DNA of 64,000 nt from an uncultured Alphaproteobacteria bacterium (lineage in GTDB: Bacteria; Pseudomonadota; Alphaproteobacteria; Acetobacterales; Acetobacteraceae), in the NCBI GenBank assembly GCA_963735225.1, contig CAVTKE010000012.1, positions 516,820 through 580,819 of the forward strand. The letters are read 5' to 3'. This document shows positions 41,597-58,944 of the stretch, in pieces. Both the position numbers and the translations under genes were made by a program. The notes under the pieces are model-generated. The model saw nothing but the letters and a program-made list of their open reading frames with translations. It had not been told where the DNA came from and searched no databases. The first letter of the stretch is position 1; each line of letters starts with the position of its first letter.

Positions 41597-42596
41597 TCAC
41601 GCCGTGTTGCGGCCGAGCACTTCGGGATTCACCGTGTAGCCGGGGTCGATCGTGCCGTCGAAGTAATCCAACAGGTTCGCCACCGCACGGCGCGACATCT
41701 TCGCGTAGCACTCCAGCGGTGCGGCGGCGTTGTGCGGGCTCAGCACCACGTTCGGCAGCTTCAACAGCGGATTGGCCGGCATCCGGTGGCTCGCGCACCA
41801 GCACGTCCACGCCCGGCCGCCTCGATGGTGCCGTCGGCGAGTGCGGTCGCCAGCGCCGCCTCGTCCACCAGCGCCGCCGCGCGCGGTGTTGATCAGCCAG
41901 GCCGTCGGCTGCATGCTGGGCCAGGAACGCCGCATCGACCAGCTTCGCCGTCTCGTCGGTACAGCGGCAGGTGAAGCGTCACCACGTCCGCCTCGGCCAC
42001 CGCCGCCATCAGGTCGGGGGCGGGAATATGGCCGTCGGCGGCGATGCGCGGGGTCGGGAAGGCGGGGTCGTCACCATCACCTTCATGCCGAACGCGGCGC
42101 ACAGCTTCGCCACCCGTGTGCCGATGCGCCCATAGCCGACCACCAGCACGCTGCGCTCCGGACAGTTCGTGCATGCGCCGCCCGGACTGCATCATCCAGG
42201 TGCCGGCGCGCACCGAGGCGTCCATCTCCACGCGTGCGCCGCGCCATGGCCAGCATCAGCATCATCGCGTGCTCGGCGACGGAAAGGTCGTTGGCGCCGT
42301 TGACCACGCCGACCAGCACGCCCTTGCGGGTGCAGGCGGGAATGTCGAGCGTGTCGAACCCGACGCCGAAGCGGCTGATCACCCGCAGCTTCGGCGCCAT
42401 CGCCAGCAGGTCCGGCGCTCACCCGTTCCAGCCCGACCATGATGCCGTCGGCATCGCCGATCGCCGCCTCCAGCTCCCTCTGCAGCGGCGGGCCGCGGAA
42501 CTCGGTGGTCAGGATCGGATGTTGATATCACGCCGTGCCTCCAGCATCGCCATGGCGGTGGGATGCAACGGCGCGGCAGAGGACGACGTTGTACAT
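41597..42596 (-). CDS. D-isomer-specific 2-hydroxyacid dehydrogenase (PGDH/GhrA-like), frameshifted
   Basis: KLRVISRFGVGFDTLDIPACTRKGVLVGVVNGANDLSVAEHAMMLMLAMAR ... WLINTARGG ... LPNVVLSPHNAAAPLECYAKMSRRAVANLLDYFDG. Confidence 0.8.
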
Positions 42597-42874
42597 GCGG
42601 TTTCCGTCCCGATCGGCGAATGTTGCCGCAATGCTTGCATCTCCGGCGCGTCCGGCTAGCCTTGCAGCCATGATCTGTGGCGCGCGCATCGCTTGTCAAG
42701 ACCGCCCGCGCATTGGATGTGCGTCGTCGCGCGTCGTGTCGGTCGCCTGCTCGCCCTCGGCCTCCTTCTTCGACTTAGCCGCCCCTGGGCGTGACGCCGC
42801 GCGGCTGACGCCGGCTTCGCTCAGGGGGCACCCCTGAGGCTAATGTCGTACGCAAAATCCCGAGGATTCCCGCC

Positions 42875-44464
<1,590 letters not shown>

Positions 44465-44495
44465 GGGCAGCGCTGCCCACCCGATTTTCAGGCGA
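44465..44495 (+). terminator. putative leuA intrinsic terminator
   Basis: gggcagcgctgccc hairpin followed by acccgattttcagg, right after the leuA stop. Confidence 0.4.
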
Positions 44496-44976
44496 TCGCG
44501 GGTAAATCCGAGACCGCGATCGCCTTGCTCATGTAAACCGTCGTGCCGCCCTTGAACGGCTCGGTCCGATCGATCTGGTACCCAAGCGACTGGTAAAGTC
44601 GTATGTTGGCTTCGAAGGCCTGGGCGGTCAGCAGACAGAGTTTTGCCAATTTCGCACCTCTCGCCTTCCGTTCTGCATGATCAAGCAAATAACGGCCGAA
44701 GCCCTGCCCATGATGTTCCGGCGCAACAGCAACGTTCTCGATGAACAGATGGTCGGAATGCATGATGATTTCGATGAGCGCGACCAAACGCCCATCGGCA
44801 TATAAAAGATCGATTTCATGTTCTCGAACCGCTCGTTCGTAATCGGCTTGCATGGGCATCGGTTCGCGGCCGAGGACAGGAACCCATTTTGCGTAGGCTT
44901 CCCGCACCAGGCGGCGCACGACTTGCGCGTCCGGTGAGCCGGCTCTCTTGATCTCGGTATGAGAAGTCTTCGACAC
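44488..44976 (-). CDS. GNAT-family N-acetyltransferase in a lower-GC islet
   Basis: Intact ORF. Probable GTG start with a GGAG Shine-Dalgarno 6 nt upstream. Contains LVALIEIIMHSDHLFIENVAVAPEHHGQGFGRYLLDHAERKARGAKLAKLCLLT (acetyl-CoA-binding motif A). The local GC is visibly lower than the ~70% background. Confidence 0.75.
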   Translation of the reverse strand: MSKTSHTEIKRAGSPDAQVVRRLVREAYAKWVPVLGREPMPMQADYERAVREHEIDLLYADGRLVALIEIIMHSDHLFIENVAVAPEHHGQGFGRYLLDHAERKARGAKLAKLCLLTAQAFEANIRLYQSLGYQIDRTEPFKGGTTVYMSKAIAVSDLPAIA

Positions 44977-45002
44977 GTCACACTCCATTTTAACGATAAA
45001 AA

Positions 45003-45037
45003 AACCCTGCCGACCGGATGGTGGGCAGGGTTGCTGG
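45003..45037 (-). terminator. intrinsic-terminator-like hairpin + U7 on the minus strand, ~25 nt upstream of the GNAT start (possible attenuator of a ~370-nt leader, or the 3' end of an unannotated sRNA)
   Basis: Minus-strand RNA: AACCCUGCC-caccauccgguc-GGCAGGGUU followed by UUUUUUAUCG. There is no room for a promoter between it and the GNAT start. Confidence 0.45.
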
Positions 45038-45313
45038 GACCTGGGGGCAAGACGACTGCGAGGCCTAGCCCCTGACGTGTCGCCTATCCCGAATCGACGC
45101 ACCGCTCTGCACCTGTATGCAGAGAGGGCGTCGGCCCACATGACGGGAAATGGGATGGCTCATTGGGAAATGTCTTCATACTTGCTGTGCATCGTCAAGC
45201 GAAAATCCACCGCGCTGTTGCTTGTCCTGGCTTGGCCCGAGCCGGCATTTGCCGCGCGTATGTAGTGCTGCCCTCACCTTTCTCCCCTTGTCCAACCTCC
45301 GCGCGGAGGCTAA

Positions 45314-46391
<1,078 letters not shown>

Positions 46392-46455
46392 GCAAGTCTT
46401 GCGATCGCTGGCGTGAACGGCTCCTATACGGGCGTTCGCCGCCACAAGCCGGGAG

Positions 46456-47334
46456 GTGCCTGGAGTCGTGATCCGGCTATCCATTCCAGTTCGCCAGGCG
46501 CTGGCGAAACTCACGCTGCCGGTGCTGATCGCGGCGGCGTTCGGCCTGATGCTGCTGGGCAAGGCGGATGCGTTGCTGGCCGAGCGCGCGCGCATGGCGC
46601 TGGCCGACGCGCTGGCGCCGATCTACGGCGTGCTGGCCGAGCCGATCTGCCCAGCGCGCGCGCGGTCGTCGACAACGTCGAGAACTTGCTGATCGTCTAT
46701 CGCGACAACGTGCGGCTGCGCGAGGAGAACGAGCGTCTGCGGCGCTGGCAGGCGGTGGCGCTGGCGCTGGACGCCGAGAACGCCACGCTGAAGGCCAATC
46801 TGCGCTGGATCCCCGATCCGCAGGCGAGCTACGTCACCGCGCGCGTGGTGGCCGATGCCGGCGGCGTCTACGCCCGCGCCGTGCTGCTGTCGTTCGGGCC
46901 AAACCACGGCATCTCCAAGGGCCAGATGGCGCTCGACGATCGCGGACTGGTCGGGCGGGTGACGGAGATCGGCGCCCGCAGCGCGCGGGTGCTGCTGATG
47001 ACCGACCTGAACAGCCGCATCCCGGTCATTCTCGAAGCGCAGCCGGGCGCGCGCCATGCTGGTCGGCACCAACGGCAACCGGCCGCGGCTGATGTACTGG
47101 CCGGCGGGCACGCAACCGGCCGAGGGCGAACGCATCGTGACCAGTGCCGAGGCGAACGCCTTTCCCGCCGGCCTGCCGGTGGGCACCGTGCACTACAGCG
47201 CCAGCAACGTGCCCGAGGTCGAGCCGTCGGCGCGGCTGGACCGGCTGGAGGTGGTGCGGTTGTTCGATTACGGCCTGCATGGCCTGCTGGCGCCGGAGAG
47301 TGCCGCGGCCCGGCTGTCGGAACGGAAGCACTAG
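46456..47334 (+). CDS. mreC: rod shape-determining protein MreC (frameshifted)
   Basis: MPGVVIRLSIPVRQALAKLTLPVLIAAAFGLMLL ... coiled-coil ENERLRRWQ ... GISKGQMALDDRGLVGRVTEIG ... PAGLPVGTVH. Confidence 0.8.
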
Positions 47335-47337
47335 CCG

Positions 47338-47889
47338 GTGGACGATCGCCTGCCCGGCATCCGGCCGCGGCCGAGCGTTGGGCGCCGGCTCGACGTGGCG
47401 GCGCGCCGCCTGTTGCCGACGGCGAGCACGGCGTTGCTGCTGCTGTTGACCGCGGCGCCGCTCGGCCTGCCCGGTCAGGCGGAGTTGCAGGCCAGCGTCG
47501 CGTTGGCCTGCGTGTTCTTCTGGTCGCTGTTCCGCCCGGCCTCGATGCCGCCGCCGCTGGTGTTCCTGCTCGGCCTGCTGATCGACCTGCTGGGCTTCGC
47601 GCCGATCGGGCGTCGGCGTGCTGTCGCTGCTTCTGCTGCACGGCCTGGCGCTGCGCTGGCGGCCGGTTCCTGGTCGCGGCAGGGTTTCGTGGTGGTCTGG
47701 CTGTGCTTCGTCGCCATGGCCTGCGGCGCGTCGGCGATGCAATGGGCGCTGACCTCGGTGCTGGTGTTTCGCTTGCTGCCACCCGGCCCGGGATTGTTCC
47801 AGGCAGCACTGGCCGCGGGGCTTTATCCGGCGCTGGCGGTGATTCTGACGCGGGTGCATCAGACGCTGGCGGAGCCGGGGTTGGCATGA
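47338..47889 (+). CDS. mreD: rod shape-determining protein MreD
   Basis: Intact hydrophobic ORF: LLLLLTAAPLGLPGQAELQASVALACVFFWSLFRPASMPPPLVFLLGLLIDLLGFAPIG. Position follows mreC. Confidence 0.75.
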   Translation: MDDRLPGIRPRPSVGRRLDVAARRLLPTASTALLLLLTAAPLGLPGQAELQASVALACVFFWSLFRPASMPPPLVFLLGLLIDLLGFAPIGRRRAVAASAARPGAALAAGSWSRQGFVVVWLCFVAMACGASAMQWALTSVLVFRLLPPGPGLFQAALAAGLYPALAVILTRVHQTLAEPGLA

Positions 47890-47907
47890 ACACGACGCGC
47901 GCCTTCG

Positions 47908-48064
47908 CGCGGCGAGGTAAGCGACAGGCGCGCCCTTGCGCGCCGAAAGCGTTGTCGCGACTTGCTTGCCTTGGCTGTGCACGATCTGTGCTGCGGCGAT
48001 TGAGAAAGGAAGACATACAACGCTTTCGGCGCGCAAGGGCGCGCCTGTCGCTCGCCTCGCCGCG
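47908..48064. repeat. long imperfect inverted repeat (two ~48-bp arms separated by ~60 bp) in the mreD-mrdA intergenic region
   Basis: Arm 1 (47908-47955): cgcggcgaggtaagcgacaggcgcgcccttgcgcgccgaaagcgttgt. Arm 2 (48017-48064): acaacgctttcggcgcgcaagggcgcgcctgtcgctcgcctcgccgcg. There are 2 mismatches. Both-strand ORFs give identical peptides (TTLSARKGAPVA), which confirms the symmetry. Confidence 0.85.
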
Positions 48065-48079
48065 CCGAGAGGCGCGTCT

Positions 48080-49942
48080 GTGAAACGCGAAACCAAACGC
48101 ACTGGCGTCTTCACCCGCCGCGCCTTGCTGATGGGCGGCGGCCAGGTGGCGGCGTTCGGCTTCCTGGCGGCCAAGCTCTACCAGGTGCAGGTCGTCGAGG
48201 GCGCCCGCTACGCGACGCTCGCCGAAACCAACCGGGTCAGCGCCCGGCTGATCGCGCCGCCGCGCGGCCGTCTGCTCGATCGGTTCGGCACCGTGCTGGC
48301 CGGCAATCGGCTGAACTGGCGCGCCTTGCTGATCGCTGAGCAGACCGAGGATGTCGGGGCCACGCTCGACAATTTCGCCAGGATCGTGCCGCTGGCCGAG
48401 CACGAGCGCGCCCGCATCGATCGCGAACTGCGCCGCCACCGCCGCTTCATCCCGATCACCGTGCGCGAATTCCTTACCTGGGAGGACATGGCGCAGCATC
48501 GAGGTGAATGCGCCTGACATGCCGGGCATCCTGGTCGATGTCGGCACCACCCGGGAATATCCGTTCGGCCCGACGCTTGCGCATGTCGTCGGCTACGTGG
48601 CGCCGCCGAACGAGGCCGACGTGTGCGGACGACACGATGCTGTCCTTGCCTGGCATCCGGGTCGGCCGCGCCGGCATGGAGAAGGCGTATGACAAACCCC
48701 TGCGTGGCCGCGCCGGCGCGGTGCAGCTTGAGGTGAACGCGGTCGGCCGGGTGATCCGCGAGCTGGACCGCCAGGAGGGTGTGCAAGGGGCGGACGTCGG
48801 CCTCACGATCGATGTCGAGCTGCAGAAATCGGTGCTCGACCAGGCTCGGCGACGAAAGCGCCAGCGCCGTGGTGATGGATGCCCGCAACGGCGAAGTGCT
48901 GGCGATGGCCACCAACCCTTCGTTCGACCCGAGCCTGTTCAATTCCGGCATTTCGCAGTCGCAATGGGTGGCCTGGACCGACAACCGCAAGGCGCCGCTG
49001 ATCAACAAGGCCGCGGCCGGGCGTGTATGCGCCCGGGTCGACCTTCAAGATGGTGGTGGCGCTGGCGGCGATGGAAGCCAAGGCGATGACCCCGAATGAC
49101 CACGTGGTCTGCCCGGGCTACCTCGATTACGGCGATCGCCGCTATCATTGCTGGCGCATGGGCGGGCACGGCACGCTCGACCTGCATGGCGGGCTGAAGA
49201 ACAGTTGCGACGTGTATTTCTACGAGGCGGCGCGGCGCACCGGCATCGACCGGATCGCCGCCATGGCCAATCGCTTCGGGCTTGGCGTCGATCTCGAGAT
49301 CGACCTTCCCGGCGCCCGCCGCGGCCTGGTGCCGACCCGCGCCTGGCGCGCCGGCGCAGGCAAGGCCTGGAACATCGGCGACACCATCGTCTGCGGCATC
49401 GGCCAGGGCTATTTGCAGCTGACGCCGCTTTCGCTCGCCACCATGGCGGCACGGCTCGCCACCGGCCGCGCCGTGCAGCCGCACCTCACCCGCAGCGTCG
49501 GACGGGGTGCTGCAGGCGACGGCGCAGCCGGATGACTGGCCGAGCCTTGGCTTGCCGGAACGGGAGCTGAAGGCGGTGCGCGAAGGCATGTTCGCCGTCG
49601 TCAACGACCCGGGCGGCACGGCGCCGCTGGCCAAGCTTGCGGCTCCCCGGCGTGCAGATGGCGGGCAAGACCGGCTCGGTCCAGGTGCGCAACGTCTCCC
49701 GCGAGCAGCGTGAGCACGGCTACAAATCCGAGAACCTGCCTTGGGAGTTCCGCCCGCACGCCTTGTTCGTGGCGTTCGCGCCATACGATGCGCCGCGCTA
49801 CGCCCTCGCATTGGTGGTGGAGCACGGCAACGCCGGCGCGCAGGCGGCCGCCCCGATCGCGCGCGACATCATGACCGACGTGCTGACGCGCGACCCGGCG
49901 GAACGGCGCGCGCCGCCGCAACGCGTGGCCGAGCGGCAGTGA
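48080..49942 (+). CDS. mrdA: peptidoglycan D,D-transpeptidase MrdA (PBP2), frameshifted
   Basis: GTG start: VKRETKRTGVFTRRALLMGGGQVAAFGFLAAKLYQVQVVEGARYATLAETNRV. The transpeptidase part has YAPGSTFKMVVALAAMEA, the SCD motif (LKNSCDVYFYE) and KTGSVQV. Ends ...ARDIMTDVLTRDP. Confidence 0.85.
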
Positions 49943-49955
49943 GGAGAACGCTGCC

Positions 49956-51112
49956 ATGAGCGTGACGGTCGGCAGCTACCGGCGCATCCGCGAGACCGAT
50001 TTCGGCCTGACCACCAAGCTGTGGCGGATCAGTTGGCTGTATGTGCTGCTGGTCTGCGTCCTGGCCGGAATCGGCTACGTGGCGCTGTATTCCGCCGCCG
50101 GCGGCGCGCCGGAGCCCTATGCCTCGCGCCACCTGCTGCGTTTCGTGTTCGGCTTGATGATAATGTTGTGCATCGCGCTCATCGATATCCGCTTCATCGC
50201 CCGTATGGCCTGGCCCGCCTATGCCGTGGGCGTGTTCCTGCTGATGCTGGTGATGCGCATGGGGCATGTCGGCAAGGGGGCCCAGCGCTGGATCGAGTTT
50301 GGCGGCACGCAGTGGCAACCAAGCGAATTCATGAAGATCGTGCTGGTGCTGGCTCTCGCTTCCTGGTTCCACCGGGCGTCGTGGGAACGGATGGGCAATC
50401 CGCTGTTTCTGTTGCTGCCCGCCGTCGCGGTGCTGGTGCCGGTGGTGTTGATCCTGAAGGAGCCGAATCTCGGCACCGCGCTGATCACGGCACTGATCGG
50501 GTTTTCGATCTTCCTTGGCGCCGGCTTGCGCTGGTGGAAGGTGCTGCTGCTGATCCTGGCCGTGGGCGGGGCGGCGCCGGTCGCCTACAACCACTTGCAC
50601 GACTACCAGCGTGCCCGGTCGACCACTTTCGTCAATCCCGAGAGCGACCCGCTGGGCGCCGGCTACAACATCATCCAGTCCAAGATCGCGCTCGGGTCCG
50701 GCGGCGTCTGGGGCAAGGGATTCCTGCAGGGGACCCAGGGTCACCTCAACTTCCTGCCGGAGAAGCAGACCGACTTCATCTTCACCATGCTGGCCGAGGA
50801 ATTCGGCCTGATGGGCGGCCTCGCTTTGCTGGGGCTGCTCGCGGTGCTGACGATGGGGGGATGGCGATCGGGCTGCGCTGCCGCAATCAGTTCGGCAGGC
50901 TGCTGGCGCTCGGCGTCAGCGTCAATTTCTTCCTTTATGTGTTCGTCAACATCGCCATGGTGGTCGGCGCCATTCCGGTCGGCGGCGTGCCGCTGCCGTT
51001 GGTTTCCTATGGCGGATCGGCAATGACCATGATGATGATCGGCTTCGGCCTGCTGATGTCGGCGCATGTGCACCGCGACGTGGAATTCGGCGGCGGGCGC
51101 GAGGAGCTTTAA
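49956..51112 (+). CDS. rodA: peptidoglycan glycosyltransferase RodA (SEDS family), frameshifted near 50860
   Basis: Polytopic: LWRISWLYVLLVCVLAGIGYVALYSAAGG...GAQRWIEFGGTQWQPSEFMKIVLVLALASWF...IQSKIALGSGGVWGKGFLQGTQ...PEKQTDFIFTMLAEEFGLMGG...PLPLVSYGGSAMTMMMIGFGLLMS. Confidence 0.88.
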
Positions 51113-51151
51113 CGGGCGGATCCCTCCGCCCTTCGGGCCGGCGGTTCGGTG

Positions 51152-51916
51152 CTACGTCCGTGCGATCATGAACAGCCGGCGGAACGGCAGCAGCGTGGTG
51201 CCGTCGGCGCGGCGGGGATAGATCGGGCGGACGGCGTCGCCATAGGCTTGCAGATAGGCGGCGCGCAGCACGGCGGGCAGCCGGTCGAGGAATGGCTTCA
51301 GGCTGGTTCCGCTGGCCCATTGCACCGCCGCGTCCTCGCCTTGCAGGGCGTGCAGGTACGTCGTCTCCCAGATGTCCAGCGTGGCGCTGAGCGGGCGGAG
51401 CAGGTCCCAGTATTCGCCAGGCGTGAGGATCGGCGGCGCGCTGTCGACGTCGGCGAGATGCCCCGCCCAGGGGCCGGTGGCGGCGATCTCGTGCTGCAGC
51501 GCGCGCAGCGGGGCGGCATGCATCGCCGGCATCTGCACCGCCAGCACGCCGCCGGGCGACAAATGCGACAGCAGCCGCGGGAACAAAGCCGCGTGGCCGC
51601 CGAGCCAGTGCAGGGCGGCGTTGGAATAGATCAGGTCGATGGGCACATCCGGCGTCCATCCGGCGATATCGGCCTGTTGGAAGCGACTGCCAGGTGCCGC
51701 GGCCGCGGCCTTTGCCAGCATCTCCGCCGAGCCGTCGATGCCGATCACCTCCGCCTCGGGCCAGCGTTGCTTGAGGATGGCGGTGACGTTGCCGGGCCCG
51801 CAGCCGAGGTCGACGACCTGGCCAGGCGTCTCCAGCGGCACCCGCGCCATCAGGTCGAGCGCCGGGCGCAGGCGCTCGTCGCCATAGCGAAGATATTGGC
51901 CCGGGTCCCATTGCAT
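51152..51916 (-). CDS. tam: trans-aconitate 2-methyltransferase Tam
   Basis: Intact 254-aa ORF: MQWDPGQYLRYGDERLRPALDLMARVPLETPGQVVDLGCGPGNVTAILKQRWPEAEVIGIDGSAEML...IDLIYSNAALHWL. Confidence 0.85.
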   Translation of the reverse strand: MQWDPGQYLRYGDERLRPALDLMARVPLETPGQVVDLGCGPGNVTAILKQRWPEAEVIGIDGSAEMLAKAAAAAPGSRFQQADIAGWTPDVPIDLIYSNAALHWLGGHAALFPRLLSHLSPGGVLAVQMPAMHAAPLRALQHEIAATGPWAGHLADVDSAPPILTPGEYWDLLRPLSATLDIWETTYLHALQGEDAAVQWASGTSLKPFLDRLPAVLRAAYLQAYGDAVRPIYPRRADGTTLLPFRRLFMIART

Positions 51917-51927
51917 GCGCGGATTTC

Positions 51928-52263
51928 CTATTCTGCCGGCGGCGGTTTCGCGCCGGCGGCGTTCGATTGGGTGACTGTGCGGGCCATGACCGCCGCCGGC
52001 TTGCCGGCCTCGGCCGCGCGATCCAGCGCCTTCGTGATCGTGGCGGCGGCCTGGCTCACCGCCGGATCGGCATGCGTCTCCAGCCGCTCGGCCATCAACA
52101 GCGCCGGTGACAGCGCGCCGCGCAGATCGTGGTTCAGCTTGCGGACCGCCTCGGCGAGCGCCAGTTCGCGCGCCCGGAGCCGGCGCAACTGGCCGCACAT
52201 GGCGAGCCAGCCAAGCAGGCCGCCGACCGCCGCGGCGACGATGATGCCGATCGCCACCTCCAT
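51928..52263 (-). CDS. small membrane protein carrying only a HisKA-type H-box/DHp segment (kinase-less histidine-kinase remnant or HisKA-only protein)
   Basis: MEVAIGIIVAAAVGGLLGWLAMC is a TM segment. LAEAVRKLNHDLRGALSPALLMAERLE is an H-box. No HATPase domain follows: the ORF stops 11 nt before tam. Confidence 0.5.
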   Translation of the reverse strand: MEVAIGIIVAAAVGGLLGWLAMCGQLRRLRARELALAEAVRKLNHDLRGALSPALLMAERLETHADPAVSQAAATITKALDRAAEAGKPAAVMARTVTQSNAAGAKPPPAE

Positions 52264-52270
52264 CGCGGCG

Positions 52271-53185
52271 CTACTCCGTCTTCTGCGCCGCGGGGATGGC
52301 GGCGGCGCGACCGGCCGCGAACAGCCGCGCGAGAAACGCGCTGTCGACGGCGTATTTGGACGACAGTGGCAGGCCGGCGAGCGCCGTGTCGGCCTCATAG
52401 TCGGTGACCCTCACGCCCGGTGGCAGCGCCGCCATCTCGGCTTCGAGCACGCCAAGGCAGGCGATCTCGTTCACCCGGTTGAGGATTTCGGCCGGTGTCT
52501 CCGGCGTGCCGCCGCGGGCACTCGGCTGCGCGCGGATCAGCACCAGCTCCGCCGGCGGCTGCGGCTTCAACAGCGGCGCCAGCGGCGGATTGCCGGAATA
52601 GCCGCCATCCCAATAGGCGCGCCCGTCGATCTCCACGGCATGGAACACGAACGGCAGGCAGGATGAGGCCAGCAGCACATCGACGCTGATCTGCCGGTTG
52701 CCCCACTGCTTCGCGCCGCCGCTGGCGACGTCGGTGGCCGATACCGTCAACGGAATGGCGGAGGCGTGGCCGAGCGCATCGCGGTCCAGCAGATCGGCGA
52801 TCATCGTGCGCAGTGGATTGTGGTTGAACGGGTTGAGCTGCGTCGGGCTGAACATCCGCAACGCTGCCTCAACCCCATGCCACATCAGCGAATGGTGGAA
52901 ATCCCAGCCCGGCATTCCTGCGATCGCGCTGCCCTGCATCGGGCTGAGCGCGTTGGCCTGCGCCACGCTGTCCCACAGCCGGCGCATTTCGCGTCGCGCG
53001 CCGGCGGCGCCGCCCTGAACCAGGCCTTGCACCAGCATCGTCGCGGTCAGCGCACCCGACGACACGCCGCAGACGCGATCGACCCGCAGCCCGTCCTCCA
53101 GCAGCCGGTCCAGCACACCCCAGGCATAGGCGCCGTGCACGCCACCGCCCTGCAGCGCCAGCGCGACCGGAGGGCTCAGGCGCAT
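52271..53185 (-). CDS. patatin-like phospholipase family protein
   Basis: Intact ORF: LALQGGGVHGAYAWGVLDRLLEDGLRVDRVCGVSSGALTATML gives the G-G-G-x-[KR]-G oxyanion motif and G-x-S-x-G. A downstream DGG is present. Confidence 0.8.
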   Translation of the reverse strand: MRLSPPVALALQGGGVHGAYAWGVLDRLLEDGLRVDRVCGVSSGALTATMLVQGLVQGGAAGARREMRRLWDSVAQANALSPMQGSAIAGMPGWDFHHSLMWHGVEAALRMFSPTQLNPFNHNPLRTMIADLLDRDALGHASAIPLTVSATDVASGGAKQWGNRQISVDVLLASSCLPFVFHAVEIDGRAYWDGGYSGNPPLAPLLKPQPPAELVLIRAQPSARGGTPETPAEILNRVNEIACLGVLEAEMAALPPGVRVTDYEADTALAGLPLSSKYAVDSAFLARLFAAGRAAAIPAAQKTE

Positions 53186-53252
53186 GAGGTTCGTTTCCGC
53201 ATTGGGCGAAAATGACCCGCGCCGCCGCCGGGCGCAACTCCCGGCGGCCAAT

Positions 53253-53335
53253 CTGGGCACAAGGGTCTGGGCACAAGGGTCTGGGCAGAAGGGTGTGGGC
53301 AGAAGGGTGTGTGCACAAGGGTGTGGGCAGAAGGG

Positions 53336-53350
<15 letters not shown>
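53253..53350. repeat. tandem direct repeat: 14-bp unit STGGGCASAAGGGT, 6 good copies plus 1 degenerate
   Basis: ctgggcacaagggt ctgggcacaagggt ctgggcagaagggt gtgggcagaagggt gtgtgcacaagggt gtgggcagaagggt cagggcaggcgggc. It starts immediately 3' of the oxidoreductase stop and ends ~68 bp upstream of the patatin ATG. Confidence 0.9.
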
Positions 53351-58227
<4,877 letters not shown>

Positions 58228-58239
58228 GCGACCTTGGAT

Positions 58240-58892
58240 TCACCGGCCAGACGCCGGAAGAGGAGCAGGAAGCCGCCATCGAGGCCGGCCGCCTGCTGTT
58301 CGCTGCCGAATGCCGGTTCTTCTACGCCGCCCAGCGCCTCGACCAATTGCCGCCGCCCGCCGGACCCGAGATCGCCTTCGCCGGCCGCTCGAATGTCGGC
58401 AAATCGTCGTTGATCAATGCGCTGGTCGGGCACAAGGCATTGGCGCGCGCGTCGAGCCAGCCGGGGCGGACCAAGCAACTGAACTTCTTCGATCTCGGCG
58501 GCCGCCTCGTGCTGGTCGACATGCCGGGCTACGGCTACGCCCAGGCGGCGAAGGCGGTGAAGGAGGATTGGCAGGGGTTGATGTTCGAGTTCCTGCGCGG
58601 CCGCCCGACCTTGCGCCGGGTGGTGGTGCTGCTCGATGCCCGCATCGAGCTGAAGGAGTCGGACATCGCGGTGATGGACCTGCTGGACCGCGCCGCCGTC
58701 ACCTATCAGCTGGTGCTGACCAAGGCGGACAGCGTCAAGCCCGCGGACCTCGCGCGCAAGCAGGCCGATGTGGCGGCACGGGCGCGCAAGCACGCGGCGG
58801 CGCACATGGACATGATCACCACCAGCAGCCAGAGCGGCCTCGGCATCGCCGAATTACGGGCGGCGCTGGCGAGCCTCGCCGAGCAGGGTTGA
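58240..58892 (+). CDS. engB: ribosome biogenesis GTP-binding protein YihA/EngB (start unresolved, probably frameshifted)
   Basis: PEIAFAGRSNVGKSSLINALVGHKALARASSQPGRTKQLNFF...VLVDMPGYGYA...YQLVLTKADSVKPADL. Confidence 0.8.
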
Positions 58893-58944
58893 CCGAAATG
58901 CCGCCGGCCCGCACAACGCCGCGGCAAATTTCGGGAGTGGCGCC

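Noticed and set aside
42535-42837. Possible leuA leader peptide ORF (100 aa)
   Set aside because: It has no run of Leu codons and is too long for an attenuation leader. Only the hairpin is noted as a low-interest finding.
47026-48517. Two long ORFs on opposite strands (47026..48174 minus, 47936..48517 plus) encoding the same TTLSARKGAPVA peptide
   Set aside because: This is a mirror artefact of the inverted repeat. The true mrdA start is the GTG at 48080 after the repeat. The minus ORF is antisense to mreD.
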